Assembly: GCA_973895155.1 (NCBI GenBank)
Contig: OZ316894.1
Span: 4,364,944-4,428,943 of the forward strand
Reading direction: 5' to 3'
Source of the DNA: Marsupella aquatica
Taxonomy: Eukaryota > Plantae > Marchantiophyta
Length of the DNA stretch: 64,000 bases
Below the pieces are notes generated by a model. The model ran no database searches, was not told the DNA's origin, and was given only the letters and a program-made list of their open reading frames with translations. Below are positions 11,964 to 24,361 of the stretch, piece by piece (position 1 is the first letter of the stretch; every line of letters begins with the position of its first letter). The translations under genes and the position numbers were made by a program.

Positions 11964-14900
11964 CAGTATTAGTTGCGTTGGCGACGAGGCGGAGGATCGA
12001 GACGTGATAGGCCCCATTCTCAACGGCATTAGGTTGTAGGTATTTCAGTAGCAGGAGGTCCTCCATGCATTATGTACATAGTTTTTGCCATTTTGATTCA
12101 GGCCACCCATTTGTGGTGGCACCTCATTCCGGTTTACAATATGTAAAAACACATGGTTATATTGTGTGTGAGCTGAACCCTAACAAGGACCCCACCCAGA
12201 CAGTGCAATGTGTAATAGGACGTATGTACTCCCGTTGTCGTGGTAACTTTGGTGCAAATAGTACACCTAAGTTACACGGGTATATTTTGGGTTTGCAACA
12301 TCTCGACTTAAGATGACAAATAAGACCATAAGTCGGGTACCTATGCTTGTAGCGGGTTGCCGATTCATAAAGAAACGAGGAACGAGAGGAGGCAACAACT
12401 CTAAGGCAAGAAAGCAACAATGGACGGAGTGCACGGGGCGCCAGTTGGATTTCCAAATCACGTTGAATTTCAGTTTTGGGTTATGGAGAAAGTTCATTTT
12501 TGGCAATTCATCGTGCATCACTTTGGTGTGCGGTTCCTTCGGGAGGTTGAAGAATCGGCTCAACCTTTGTTCTTACCCACGCTTACATATACACATAAGT
12601 GGGTTATATGTTTTTATATTTTAACATAATAGCTAGTTTGGTGATTCATCATGCCTAGTTACAAAATTTAGGCATCCTATGATGGGTTAGAGTGATGACA
12701 AAGCACTTCTAAATAAAGTATTGTGGGCTATATGAATAATTATCATAAACTAGAGTATAGGCCTACTAGGTGGCTTTACTTTTCCACTAGATTTGTGACA
12801 TAACAAAATATATAGGGATACGTGGCATACATGTGTAAAAAGGCCTTGCATGGTTGCATGTCCATTTAGAATCAAACACATGGCCAATTAGGTGTCGAAA
12901 GGAGGATAAGCATGGAAACATGCCCAATAGCATCCAAATACCTTGTTGTTTACATGTTCAAATATTATTGGACCATGTGTACCAAAGGGGTGAGTCATTA
13001 CCCCTCCAAAGCACTATAAATAAGAGGGGTGGCATGGTGAGTTTTCTTTGTTATTCCAAACTTATATGCAAGAATAGTGTGGGGAGTATAAGAATTCATA
13101 AAATGTGCTTGGAAGCTAGAGATGTGACATTGTTAGAAAGTTATTAAATAGTAAAGGTTGTACTATATAAAAAATCATTATGATATATTTTTCTTAGGGA
13201 AATAGTATTCTAACTTTGATCTCCTTGATGAGCACACCAAGTTTGCTTTTGGAATCACTTGATTTTGGTATAATACTAGAAAGTTATGATGACTTGAAGG
13301 TTTAGATTATGCTCAAATAGAACCATATTTTTCTGAGTTTGAATATTGCTTATAATATTTTCCTAGAATAAGATGCATATTTGAAATTTTTTCCTGGAAA
13401 TAGATAAGAAGCTATGTCATGCCTAGGAAAAAATTTTGAGGGTATATCTATCTTTAAGTGAGATATATAGTATGGTGACGGTGATAGGGTCTTCGTAGCC
13501 TGCAATCTAGATAGGTCCATCATTTTTCTTTGTACCTGTTGATGGAGATAGAGTTTTGACTCGAACCTTTGAGGGATGATAGGATAGTAAATACTTGGCT
13601 TGTTTGATATGGTACAAAGGAAATTGACAACCGTAGGTGAATTTCCTATGTTCAAGAAGCTTGTACCGTGATTCTGAATTACAAGATGGACCTCAATAAA
13701 GTTCCTAGGCCTAATTTTAGTATAGATTATAATGTTCGGGTGATATGTCGCCAAAAAACTGAGTTTCAAGCCTTCATCATCAGAAACTTTGGGGAGTCGG
13801 CATATACCATGATCATTTCATCCCCGATTCCATTCGTTGTTCCCATGACAATTGAACGATTTTGGGTAATGATCATAGTGTTTTATTAGCACGTCGTAGC
13901 GCATTGTTCTTCCGACAGACAGAAGCCCGGGCTTTCCCGACATCACCCACGAACTTCACGACACCGTATACGTCCTCCTTTATAAGACCTTTAACCACCA
14001 CAGTACATCGTTGAGCCCTACATAAGCCAACGTACGTCGCACAACAAGAGCACGATACATCATCCCCTACTATGTCAACTTACCCATACGTCTCAAAATA
14101 GGTCGTAATTTACCAGCCACGGACGACGCTAAAATAATACGACGTTTAGTCCATTGCACATTACGATGTACTAGACGTGGTTAATGTTTCATTACGTAGC
14201 CTGACACGACGTTTATGGGTAAAGTTAAACACGAGAGTTGGGTATATTTTACGTAGTCTGACATGTTGTAAACCCATATACCTCCTATTGTACGACGTTA
14301 AGAACAATGTGCTGGACGTGGTAAAGAGCGTCTCCCCAAACGTGGTAATTAACGTCGCTCTATTGACGTCATGAATGAGGTCTTTCCTCCGCTGGCCATA
14401 TATGTCGTGATTAACGTCTTCTAAAAGTCCGTTAATCAGCCGTAAAATGTAGTTGTGTATTCGTGGACGGATGGGTCCCTCCAGACCCTCACTATCAATA
14501 AACATAAGGTGAGTGCACCTCCTCAGAATTGTTTGCAAAGAAATAGATAGACTTGAAGTTCCATCATTGTTGTCAAAGAGGTGGACAGTATACTTTAATT
14601 ATTTTAGTATGTTATGTATCACTATATTCATTAAAAGTTTCTTTTAAAAGTCTAGAAAATGAAGACTAAAGTTGTTTTTTCTCAACCCAAATCTCTTAAA
14701 CATATTGAGCCCCAAAAGATGCATATGCTTTTTTATTTCTATTTTTCTCAACCAAATGTTTAATATTAAATTAAAATCTATATTTTAATTACTTTATAAA
14801 TCAAATTAAAATAAATTAGTCCAAAAATAAGAGGCCAATACCAATCAAAACATAAATCCAAAATGTAGTCATATCTATGATGATAATCAAGGGTCAGAAT

Positions 14901-15569
14901 GAAATTGACCCACTACATAGATATTATTATCATGTATAGTCTAGTGAGAGAGCCTCAAACTAAGCATATACTAATTAACTGTTTACTATATCCTACATGT
15001 TCAAGACATTTTTTCTACATAATTATATATGTACACTTTATATTAGAAACTAGAGCTACCCTAAAGTAATCCATGGTTACGCGGGCAACTTTTGTATAAT
15101 AGGCAGGGGTCTACATTTTTATATGGACTAAAAAGTTGACTATCTAAAATAATTAAATTTGAAAAACCTGGGTTTCCCACTCAAAACTTTTTTCAAGTCA
15201 TATAAAAGGTTTGGTTTTTCATCTTTTTCCATATGAAATTAAAAATATTCCTATATATAATGTAATTTTTATTAAAATATTTTTATAAGTTTAATAAAAA
15301 TCCTAAAAATCTGGCTAGTTTGGCTGTAGACCCTTCTATTAAAAAAATGTCATTTAATTTGGTTTTGATCAACTTTTTTATATCAAAACCTCGGGGGCCT
15401 CAATCCAAGGGGTGCCCCATATCACGCACGAAGTTTTGGGGGATCAGCCCCTAGTTCTTAGAACTTTCCAAATAATTGCCTACTATTTTGTCTATGAGAA
15501 CCGGAATAATTGTTTCCAAGTATTAAAGTGTTTATTAATTAAAAACTTTGCGAGTGATACCCTTGGAGT

Positions 15570-16123
15570 GAGCCCCTACGATGTGATTCACCTCAGCTGA
15601 GGCTACGTCCATGAGAAGACACGAGAGCTTTACTGCACTCTTTGCTCATCAGAATTCACCAAAGAAATGTAAATAATTGATGGAGAAATGGAGGAGTTAG
15701 TCTGCAAAGGATCCCGAAAAGGATGCAACTAAAATCAAGAATTTCCCCACATTACGATTAAGAATTCTCTTCAAATCCAAGTTAGTTGAAGGTTAGACAT
15801 GATAACTAACCTAAACATGCATTATGTGAAAGGTGGAGTCAACGCCCCTTGAGAGTCAGGCTACTATCTCAAGTAATTAATCTGTGGACCCCCTAGCTTA
15901 GGGTTCAGTTGAGCTAAAACATTACTGCGTGTAAAATGTATAAGGACGCAACTGTCTAGGGATACTAGAAATTCCCAGTGAAAAGGAAAGATTCATGAGA
16001 CAGAGGAAGATGTTTGAGACGAGGCAAAGCTTTAGAAGGTCTTACTTTGAATATCTAAATTTTGAACTCTGCACTTTGACGGATGAAGTCAAAAGAAAAT
16101 CTGAGCGCTGCCACCTATAAACA
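15570..16123 (-). mobile_element. Probable copia-type solo/partial LTR
   Basis: gatgtgattcacct...ctacgtcca...gagctttactgcactct resembles 57150-57216 in the copia LTR, and the segment ends in ..tataaaca. Left boundary uncertain. Confidence 0.45.
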
Positions 16124-16254
16124 AGTTGAGCAAGTAATAGAACAAAATGATATCTATCCAACCATTCATCTACCCAAAAGTATGACAAAATAAAATATGC
16201 TGGTACGTACTGCTAAACAGAACTGAAGGACTTCTAGCACATACTTTGTCTCAT

Positions 16255-16271
16255 AACACCTATTTGAGTAA
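16255..16271 (+). repeat. Left TIR of the giant element
   Basis: aacacctatttgagtaa, preceded by TSD tcat. Confidence 0.8.
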
Positions 16272-16323
16272 TAGTGTGACTTTTCATTTCCAGAAATTCC
16301 CAAATGTAAATTGTTGATATTTA

Positions 16324-16857
16324 TTAATTAAACTTGTAGAGTTTCGAAAGGAAAGGAATAAGTCTATCTTTCAAGAAAGTGTCTTCTTCATTGCCCATAT
16401 ATGTAGGTGGGTATAAAGATGAGAAAAAGGGATTGCATATGGTCTTAAGGAGTGAATCCTCCAAAAGAGTAATGTTTTCCCTTATCTTGTGTGGCATTTG
16501 GATAAATACATAGTTTATGATTTTGGCATAAAGGTCATTAGTGTCTTGATCTCGACCAATCAGCTGCAATTTCTCTTTGCCAAAGAAAAATTTGAGAGAA
16601 ACTCTTTCTTCTTTGCTGAGCAAGAGACCCAAGTGTTGCACAAGGTCCCTTACTGGCAAGCACGACCAAACTCCCACGTCAAAAAACTTGAAACAAAATT
16701 TCATAAACTCATGCAAGTATGGCCTGAGGAGTATTGTTTTATTTCCAATGTTGAATCCCTTCGAGCTGTTCACAGTATGAAATGATTTTGAATAGTAAAG
16801 AAGAAAGCCATCCATGTCAATAACAAGCAATCTCTTCGCCTTTGACAAATTCACCAC
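16324..16857 (-). CDS. FCP1/NIF HAD-family phosphatase-homology exon
   Basis: Acceptor caacag|gtg. Contains RLLVIDMDGFLL (DxD retained), LRPYLHEFMKFC..FDVGVWS, LLEDS and YPPTY.G..EDTFL. Confidence 0.8.
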   Translation of the reverse strand: MVNLSKAKRLLVIDMDGFLLYYSKSFHTVNSSKGFNIGNKTILLRPYLHEFMKFCFKFFDVGVWSCLPVRDLVQHLGLLLSKEERVSLKFFFGKEKLQLIGRDQDTNDLYAKIINYVFIQMPHKIRENITLLEDSLLKTICNPFFSSLYPPTYMGNEEDTFLKDRLIPFLSKLYKFN

Positions 16858-17073
16858 CTGTTGATTGCAAATAAAAAATAAATCAATAAACACTGATATA
16901 TGCAATTTGATAAACTAAAATCAAAATAATACTTAACAATTGATAAGAATTTAAAACAAGGCTTTTTGAGTTATATATTTATATTTTTTGAATATACAAG
17001 GAGTATGTTTAAACAATTGTCCAGCTAGATAATCTCAATTATATCTTTCATTGTTTCTATACTAAGAATGAAA

Positions 17074-17775
17074 CTACATAATCTTTTTCTCCAACAGTTG
17101 GAGAACCACTTTTCGTCTATTTTTGGGTCTATCACTCCAGTTCAACCTAAATGGTTTTCCTAAACTTTCACAATCTGCAAACATTATCAAAAATATCCCA
17201 CAATTGTGAGAATCATTCTGTTTGGGAATATCTTTTGGATACAAATGTATCCAATTGCAAGCATTGACTGGTTCTAATTATTGGGCATCAGTCTCATCTT
17301 CAATGTATCGTGATAAGTTTAGGAGCACTTTGGGGTCTTCATTGTGGTAGGAATCAAGATAGGTTAAAGTTTTACTCTTGAGGTCAATTACAGCGAGAGT
17401 CCAGTGAAACCCACAATGAATTGGAACAAGTAATTTGTCACAGTCAAATATACTGTATCCCAATTTGGTTGACCATCGGGAGATTTTGGAATTGTAAGAA
17501 TAACCTACCCCAACAAGTTTTGTATAGAACCAGGTATTGAAAAAGTGACATCTAAATGATTTGCACAACATCAATGTTTCTCTCTCCTTCAATAAAATCA
17601 TATAAGAGTTAATAACATCAGACTTCAACCATTCTCGTGGGCAGAGACATCTCATTACTTTACGAGTAATATGGAAATCTTCGATTGTTGTCAAAACCTC
17701 ATTTTGATCCAGGCTTCGACTGAGGCATGTGTCTACTGCAGTCTCGTTAGTTTTATCAATTTGAAGAGAAATTAT
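17074..17775 (-). pseudogene. Ulp1/SENP (peptidase C48) SUMO-protease exon
   Basis: WLKSDVINSY, FFNTWFY, PIHCGFHWTLAVI and YLDS; after an in-frame TAA (17278-17280) comes PKQNDSHNCGIF, giving a complete H-D-C triad. Acceptor ttgcag|ata. Confidence 0.9.
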
Positions 17776-18339
17776 CTGCAAGCATACAATTTTCTTTCAG
17801 AAATTGATTATGTACCCAAGAGCTACACCCCATGTGAACATGTATCTAATATTGTAGAAGCTTACATAAAATTGCATGTGTTGTACCTTTGAAATGTTTG
17901 ATCCGGATGTTTCCGATGTTGAGTTTCTCTCCATCAGGTCAGATTGTGAAAGTCTCTCTTTTCCTCTTTGAGATGTTGACTCTTTTGGCGGATCCTGTCC
18001 ATTTGGTTGTATGAACATTGGATGGTCAATTGACGAAACACTGTTCCATCTATCATGAATGTTTGGCGATTCGCTGCATGGTACGACCTTGCTCATCAAA
18101 CCTGCTGCAAGGAATGAATCATCTTTCATATCTTGTGACTTGCAATTGAAGGAAAGCCTTTTCATGTCAGACTCAGACTCTGTGCCAGGAGATAATTTTC
18201 CTTTTCTCAACTTCCGTCCACCAAATGGGGGTCGAAGTTCTCGCAAAGTGTCTGCATATTGCTCGTATGTTGCAGAATCAATTTTGGGATCGATTCTCAT
18301 CCACAATTTCGGTGAGTTGAATGCCTTTCTTCTTGTCTC

Positions 18340-18860
18340 TTAGCTCGTTGTCCTTCCCGTTAATGTTTCTCTGCTTTTTGCTCTCCTCCTTTTCTTGACC
18401 CTTTTTTCTTTTGTCCGTCTCTTTGTCAACCTTATACTTCTTTGTCCTCTCCGCATCAACCTTATCGTTCTCCTCCGTCTCTTTCCTATCCGTCTCTTTC
18501 CTATCCGTCTCTTTCCTGTACTTCTCCTCCTCCTACTTATCTTTCCGCTCCCTCTCCTTGCTCTCTTCCCTATCCTTCTCCTCCTTCTCGTGTTTATCTT
18601 TTTTCTCCCTCTCCTCCCTCTCTTTCCTATCCTTCTCCTCTTTATCCTCCTTATCTTTCCTATCCTTCTCCTCTTTCTCCTCCTTATCCGTCGCTTCCCT
18701 CTCCTCCCTCTCTTTCTCTTCCTTATACCTCTCCTCCCTCTCCTTGTGTTGTTTTTCCTTATGAACCATCTCCTCCTTGAGCTTCCTTGCTTCCTCTTCA
18801 ACTTTGGCCTTTTGTTTCTCTTCGGCCTTTTGAACTTCTTGCTCCCTTTTTTGTGCATCA
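18340..18860 (-). repeat. Low-complexity purine-rich tract encoding K/E/R/D coiled coil
   Basis: (GAG/AAG/GAT)n-like; it generates several spurious overlapping ORFs. Confidence 0.85.
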
Positions 18861-21800
18861 TGTGTATTCCTTATCGCCTCTCTTTTGCAATATCTACAAT
18901 ACGGTCGAGGTCCCACCCCAAGACTTTGAATAGGAATATGGATACATTTTTTTGAATTTCCCTCAATCGGATAGCTCATTTGTTCTTCGTCATCATCTTT
19001 GTCGCTATCCTCATCCCACGGTCCCCGAAAACCTTCACCTTGCAATTCCTGGCCCAATTGTGGAACATCTTCATTCTCACTGTCATCCCCTATTTCACTT
19101 GCCATTTCCTCCAAAGAACCTACATCTTCACCTTCACTCTCAGGAATAGTTTCTCGACTGTCTGAATTGTCTTTAGAGGGGGTATCATCTTGGCATGCAA
19201 ATGTGATCTCTCCTTTTTTTTCCTCGAAAACTTTAGAACGCCACTCTTTCCTCTTGGGCTCATCCTCACTCAAGTTGGACCTCTTCTCGATTTCCTTATC
19301 AGCAGAAAATTTTCCACTCACTCTCAATTGATCCTCTTCAGTTATACCTCTCTTAGACCTCTTATGATATTCCCCAATGATCTCGACTGGATGGTCACCT
19401 AGTGCAATCAAAGGAAAACTTTAATATACTAGACAAGTTAATGGAGATGGAAATGAACAAATTTCTATACATGATATATGTACAGTTCACGGAACGGTGT
19501 TCCGCCATAGATTCCAAAAGATTTACTCAAATATACTCAATAACTGTATTTGATATCAATTTGAATAATCAATAACCAATCTGACAAGTGCTTGGATTTC
19601 ATTGCAGATCCTGAGAAATCTAAAACGCTCCATACTACACTAACATTAACAGAATGAACCCAACACATTCGAATGAAAAATCTAAGATGGAACAATCTTT
19701 CAGCACCCATCTTAAACTGAATAAACTAGATAAACTGAATAAACACATTTAAATAAACTGAAATTCAGAGAATGGTTTTCTGCAATTATCCTAGTTCATT
19801 ACTCAAACAACTATTTAGTCCTTAGTTGTCTCAATGTTACCTCTTAAAGGTCCTTTTGGGATAATTGTAGGAAGCTCATAGGGTATATAAGGAGTCTGCA
19901 ATAGGATCACTTTGTTCCTGAAGTCCATACTCTCGAATGACTTGATAGATCTCATCATCACTGAGTCGATAGTTTTCTTTTAATGTGTCAGTCAAATCAT
20001 CTCGGACATGATAAATGCTTCTCTTTTTCTCGACCTTTCTCTTTAGGAGGTTTTCAAAAGATTCTCTGTCAGGACATTTTTGAGGCACTTCCTCAAATCT
20101 CGGAAACAAAGTGTTGAAGTAATTTGTGGTTGCTTCATGACTTTCTATTGAGCAATAGCTTCTGACATTGACTTCGAACTCCTGAAATTGGCAATGTGAA
20201 ATTAGTCTCAAACCATCTTCAGAAAGCAATAGGGAAACTTTTACAGCAAACTAAATTTGAGGAAAGATCATTCTTACCATAAGACATTGAGTTAACCTGC
20301 GGCCTTCACCAAAACAGATTGCTGTATCTTGAATTGATGCTTCATGAGAAGTTTCACTAGGTACTGATAAAATTCAGTGCTCTTCTCTTCGACAAGACTC
20401 TCTTCCGTTTCCGCTTCTTCAAAATTCCTGATGTTGTCATTTAGGCAAGCCTGAATGGCCTCCAGCCTGTCTGGTTGATCTTTTGAAGCATCAAATGCCT
20501 AATTGAAAAAGATATACGAGACATACTGGACTACTTTGCCATCATTTTCCAAAAGTTGTGTTCCATCCCAATCTCCTCCTGTTTTCTTCTGCATGTATTG
20601 AGCCTGCACTGTGATGTACCCTGGGATGCGACACATTGCCGAAGTCATGTCCATTACCTCCATTGGATTCATGATCAACACAATCTTGTGTTTTGGACAA
20701 CTGACGACCGCTGTTGCTTTGAAAAATCCGTCATAAAACTCTCGGTTGTATGGACCAAACGCTGGGGACGTTGTCAGGTCAAAGAAGAAAAAGTTGGCTT
20801 TGTTTTTGTAACCCTCGGCCAATTTTCTAAAAAACGTTATGCTCCCAAATCCACTTATTGATCTAAGACGGAAGAGGTCATTTGTCTTGACAACTCTCAA
20901 GTTTCCAGCCTGGTCAAACATCATTTGAATAGACTCAACAAGGTTCTCAAAAGGCGCAGGAAGTTTTTCAATCAAGTGAGTCCACTTGCAATTTTGATTA
21001 ATTCCCATCTTCAGAACTTTCTCTCCCATAGCCTCGCGCAGCAAAGCAATCCTCTCAGAATCAAGATGGAAGAACTCCTTCACCTCTTTGAACTTACGCT
21101 TGAGCTGCACCTTGTTCAACTTCTTGAAATCGTTCACCCTAGTTTTCTCTGTAACTTGCTTCAGGCATATCACCTGAAAAACCCTCTTGTACTTCTTGCC
21201 TCGACAGTATTGCTCAAATGATCTCCACTCCTTTTCCGCCACTGGATCGTATGACTTATCATTTCTCTTCTCAGGATAGAGAGAGATCTTCCTTCCCTCA
21301 ATCAGATAAGTGGCTATTTTGGACAAGTCCCGGTCTTCAAGCCCTTGAAGGTGTGTAAAAAACCTTCTCTTCGGATGCCAAGTTGTGCGCTCCTGATAAG
21401 GTTTTGCATCTGCCTGTCGAAGTCGATTATAGTGAATGAGTTCTCCTTCCTCCAACATCCGCTGCACTTCCATCCACTTTTGAAATGTCTCGTCTGACAT
21501 TTCAAATAGGAAAGGTGACATTTCTACAAATCGCCTCTGGCCATTCACTATAACAGCTGTCGGGTAAGCGATCCTTGCAGGTTTCAAAAATGCCTGCAAA
21601 CACAGTTCACAAAAAGGTGAATTCACTTTTGAGAAGACATGGACCAGCTAGGGAACACTATTTCGTATAAAAACTACTTGCATAAGGCACCCAAAAATCT
21701 ATGAATTACATTGTGCTTACCTTATACGTTGACTTGGCTGACTTTGACAAAGCTGGATCCGGTCAACCAGCAGAAATCCAAATTGAGCGGACTTGCTTTG

Positions 21801-23209
21801 CCATAAGAAGGAACTGGCTTTCTGGCATCGATGTCCGATTCATGTTGTTCAGAGCTTGAGACAACCCCATTATCTGTGTGTTTCCTGACATATTGAATGG
21901 AGTCCAAAAACGATAGGCATTGACAGTTTGAAGCAGATCCTTCCTCTTTGGATCAAATTTGGGATCTAACATCAGCATCTTGTAAGCTTCGATGGTATGT
22001 TGTCCACCAACAATCCAAAAGTAACAGGAATCAAGAACACTTCAGGATGGTCTTGATTTGAACGGTGTTCCATTGTACATATTGTTTGCCTTGGCGGATT
22101 CAGAATCCCATTGGATGGGGACAAGGTAGACAGTCTTCTTTTCCAGAGAAATTGATGAGTGACCCATGAGTGACCCTTTTAACAACTCACAATATTTTCT
22201 ATCAAAGACTCTACACTTGTAATCGTCTGGCCCTATCTTACATCGTAGTGTATTAATAGTAATTGATTCACCATCAAAAAGAGTGAGATCTTTGTACTCT
22301 GTCAAAAGGGAATTGAACAATTCAGTTGCACGTTCTGCAGTCAACTCTTCTGGCAAGTTTCCTGGTCCTATCTCCCCTTTCCTCCCAATGGAAAACAAAT
22401 TCACAAATGGTGATCCAGTGCTCTCAAACACTTCAACTATGTAGGCTGCAATGTTTTCACCAGTTGTATCTTCGGGAGTCAAAGGCATCATCTCCTGTCC
22501 TGGTGAAGGTCTGTACCTTGGAGACAGTTTGACTAGATCATCAATTTGACTCTGATCAAATTTTGTGTAGTCATTCATTCGCATACAACGCCCAACCATA
22601 GTTTTGGAATTCACATCTTCCATCAAGAAGCAAAATGCTTCTTGGAAGTCTTCCATGCCTAGGTTCTTCTTGAAGAAGCAACCATTGACCCGATGATCTG
22701 ATATCACTCTCAGAGTGCCACAGTCCATTGCTATGTAAATGTTTTCATTATAGAGCACGATTCCCCAGCTATCAACACTGTCAAATTTCACTGGATGGAC
22801 TACCAAAGCTTCATCGCAAACAACTTTCTTTATCTTGGGACCTCTGTATTTTCTTTACAGTGTGTCTTCAGCCGATTCAGACACCTTCTGTATTTTTCCT
22901 CGAGGATTTGATGTACTCTCTTCCACCTTCCTCTTTCCTTTCCCATCATCTTTGTCCTCCATCTGTAGAAATCAATATGATGTGTCTCAAGAATTAAATT
23001 CTTAGATCGATGACGCAACCGTAGATAGAGAAATAGATTCTGGCCAAAACTTTTTATTCACAAAATATGTAACGATTACAAATTGTTTCTGAGAGGAAAC
23101 AAATCAAGCAGCTCTAGTGATATTGTGCCTATGCTGCAAGTCTAATCTTCTCTAGTTTGCATAGAAGGTCTGTAGCTCATGAACCATTCACGGAATAGTG
23201 TTCCGTGAA

Positions 23210-23749
23210 TCAATTCATCTGATCCCATGGTGCACTTTCAATGTATCCTAAATTCCAACAATCTATTAGAAAGTCCCATTTTAGTCTTGGATGTAACCGA
23301 TCAAAACTTTTTGCGAATTGGTTAATGTGCTTAGAGGACATAGTTCCAAAAAACCGAAATGTAGGATACTTTGAGTAGAGACATGATATTGTCTGAGAAA
23401 GATGTTCTTCTGGAATTACTAATGGGTGTATGCCTTTTAAATCACTTTCTGTGATTTTAATGATTCCCATCAAGTATGTATTATTGACTAGATGATTCCA
23501 CTTTCTTGAGAGTCCTCGTAAGGAGAAAAAACTAAGGATGATTGGGTGTGTTAGATTCCCCGACTGAGCCCCATGGTCAAATGACATTTTTATTATTGGC
23601 CATATTATGTTTACAACAATGTCATCCGGAAGTCCGGGAATAAGATTCCCAGATAGCTGAGTTGCTGACTTCACCAATTCCTGTTCGGAAAGTATTCTCA
23701 CAAAGACCGGTAAGAAAGATTCAATTTTTTGTATTGAGCATCTGTCCAT
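23210..23749 (-). CDS. F-box-like protein (cargo)
   Basis: LIPGLPDDIVVNIIWP...LRGLSRKWNHLV is a typical plant F-box signature in an uninterrupted ORF. Confidence 0.65.
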   Translation of the reverse strand: MDRCSIQKIESFLPVFVRILSEQELVKSATQLSGNLIPGLPDDIVVNIIWPIIKMSFDHGAQSGNLTHPIILSFFSLRGLSRKWNHLVNNTYLMGIIKITESDLKGIHPLVIPEEHLSQTISCLYSKYPTFRFFGTMSSKHINQFAKSFDRLHPRLKWDFLIDCWNLGYIESAPWDQMN

Positions 23750-23974
23750 TGCTCCTTGACGTCTGTTAATTATCACAATACAAACAAGTTATCTCAGGAG
23801 ATCTATAGAGAAAAGCTTATTTGTTTCAATTGACAGACATTACTGATGAGCATTCCTAGTAGCATTGTCGTTTTCCATATATTTAGATGATTCACGGAAC
23901 GGTGTTCCGTGGTACATGTTAGTTATTTAGTTTAGAGTTCTTGGATTAATTTTAGACAATATCTAGGGAAGTAT

Positions 23975-24361
23975 ACGGAATAGTGTTCCCTTCATCCAGT
24001 GCCTGACGGGATTAGGCACTCACGGAACTGTGTTCCATGGATCCAAGTGTATGTCTAGATCAGACACTATGAACCATGTTTCCTGAACCAGGGAGTCACG
24101 GAACAGTGTTCCGTTCATCCAATGCTTGATGGGATTAGGCACTCACGGAACACAGTTCCATGGATCCAAGGGTATGTAGATCACAGCCTATGAACCATGT
24201 TTCCTGAATCAGGGAGTCACGGAACAGTGTTCCGTTCATCCAATGCTTGACGGGATTAGGCACTCACGGAACTGTGTTCCGTGGATCCAAGGGTATGTAG
24301 ATCACAGACTATGAATCATGTTTCTTGAAGTAGGGAGTCACGGAACATTGGTCCGTGGATC
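23975..24361. repeat. Tandem array, ~121 bp x ~3.2, two palindromes per unit
   Basis: Units start at ~23975, 24098, 24219 and 24340. Each contains acggaacagtgttccgt and cacggaac(tgt/aca)gttcc(a/g)tg. Confidence 0.9.

Larger units (their letters stand above)
5790..14457 (-). mobile_element. CACTA/EnSpm element 1, internally deleted; left terminus not found
   Basis: The right end read on - is CACAACTACATTTTACGG, similar to the TIRs of the other two elements. Dense ACGTCG/TTAACG arrays lie at ~5790-6100, 6960-7240, 9460-9640, 11080-11350 and 13890-14440. Transposase remnants are on -, TnpA-like ORF on +. Left boundary is approximate. Confidence 0.75.
17074..22962 (-). pseudogene. Large multi-exon cargo gene: ParB/Srx-like domain - degenerate DNA-MTase-like region - acidic/KE-rich coil - Ulp1
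   Basis: ATG at 22962 reads in frame through isolated stops (~22855, 22042, 21763, 20499). FWIVGGQHTIEAYKML lies at ~21975-22020. Introns at ~21720-21596, ~20277-20184, ~19840-19399 and 17886-17776; a few frameshifts. Confidence 0.65.

Noticed and set aside
12300-13890. AT-rich segment with short ORFs inside CACTA-1, possibly a secondary insertion
   Set aside because: No recognisable protein motifs or termini could be established by eye.
15098-15341. Short inverted repeat (aataggcaggggtctac / gtagacccttctatt) suggesting a MITE
   Set aside because: Imperfect, and no convincing TSD.
18340-18955. Arg-rich, Leu/Phe-rich, Ser-rich and extensin-like ORFs
   Set aside because: These are alternative frames or antisense reads of the KE-rich low-complexity coding tract.
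23975-24361. CRISPR-like array of palindromic repeats
   Set aside because: The intervening sequences are themselves repeated (121-bp tandem units), there are no cas genes, and the context is eukaryotic.
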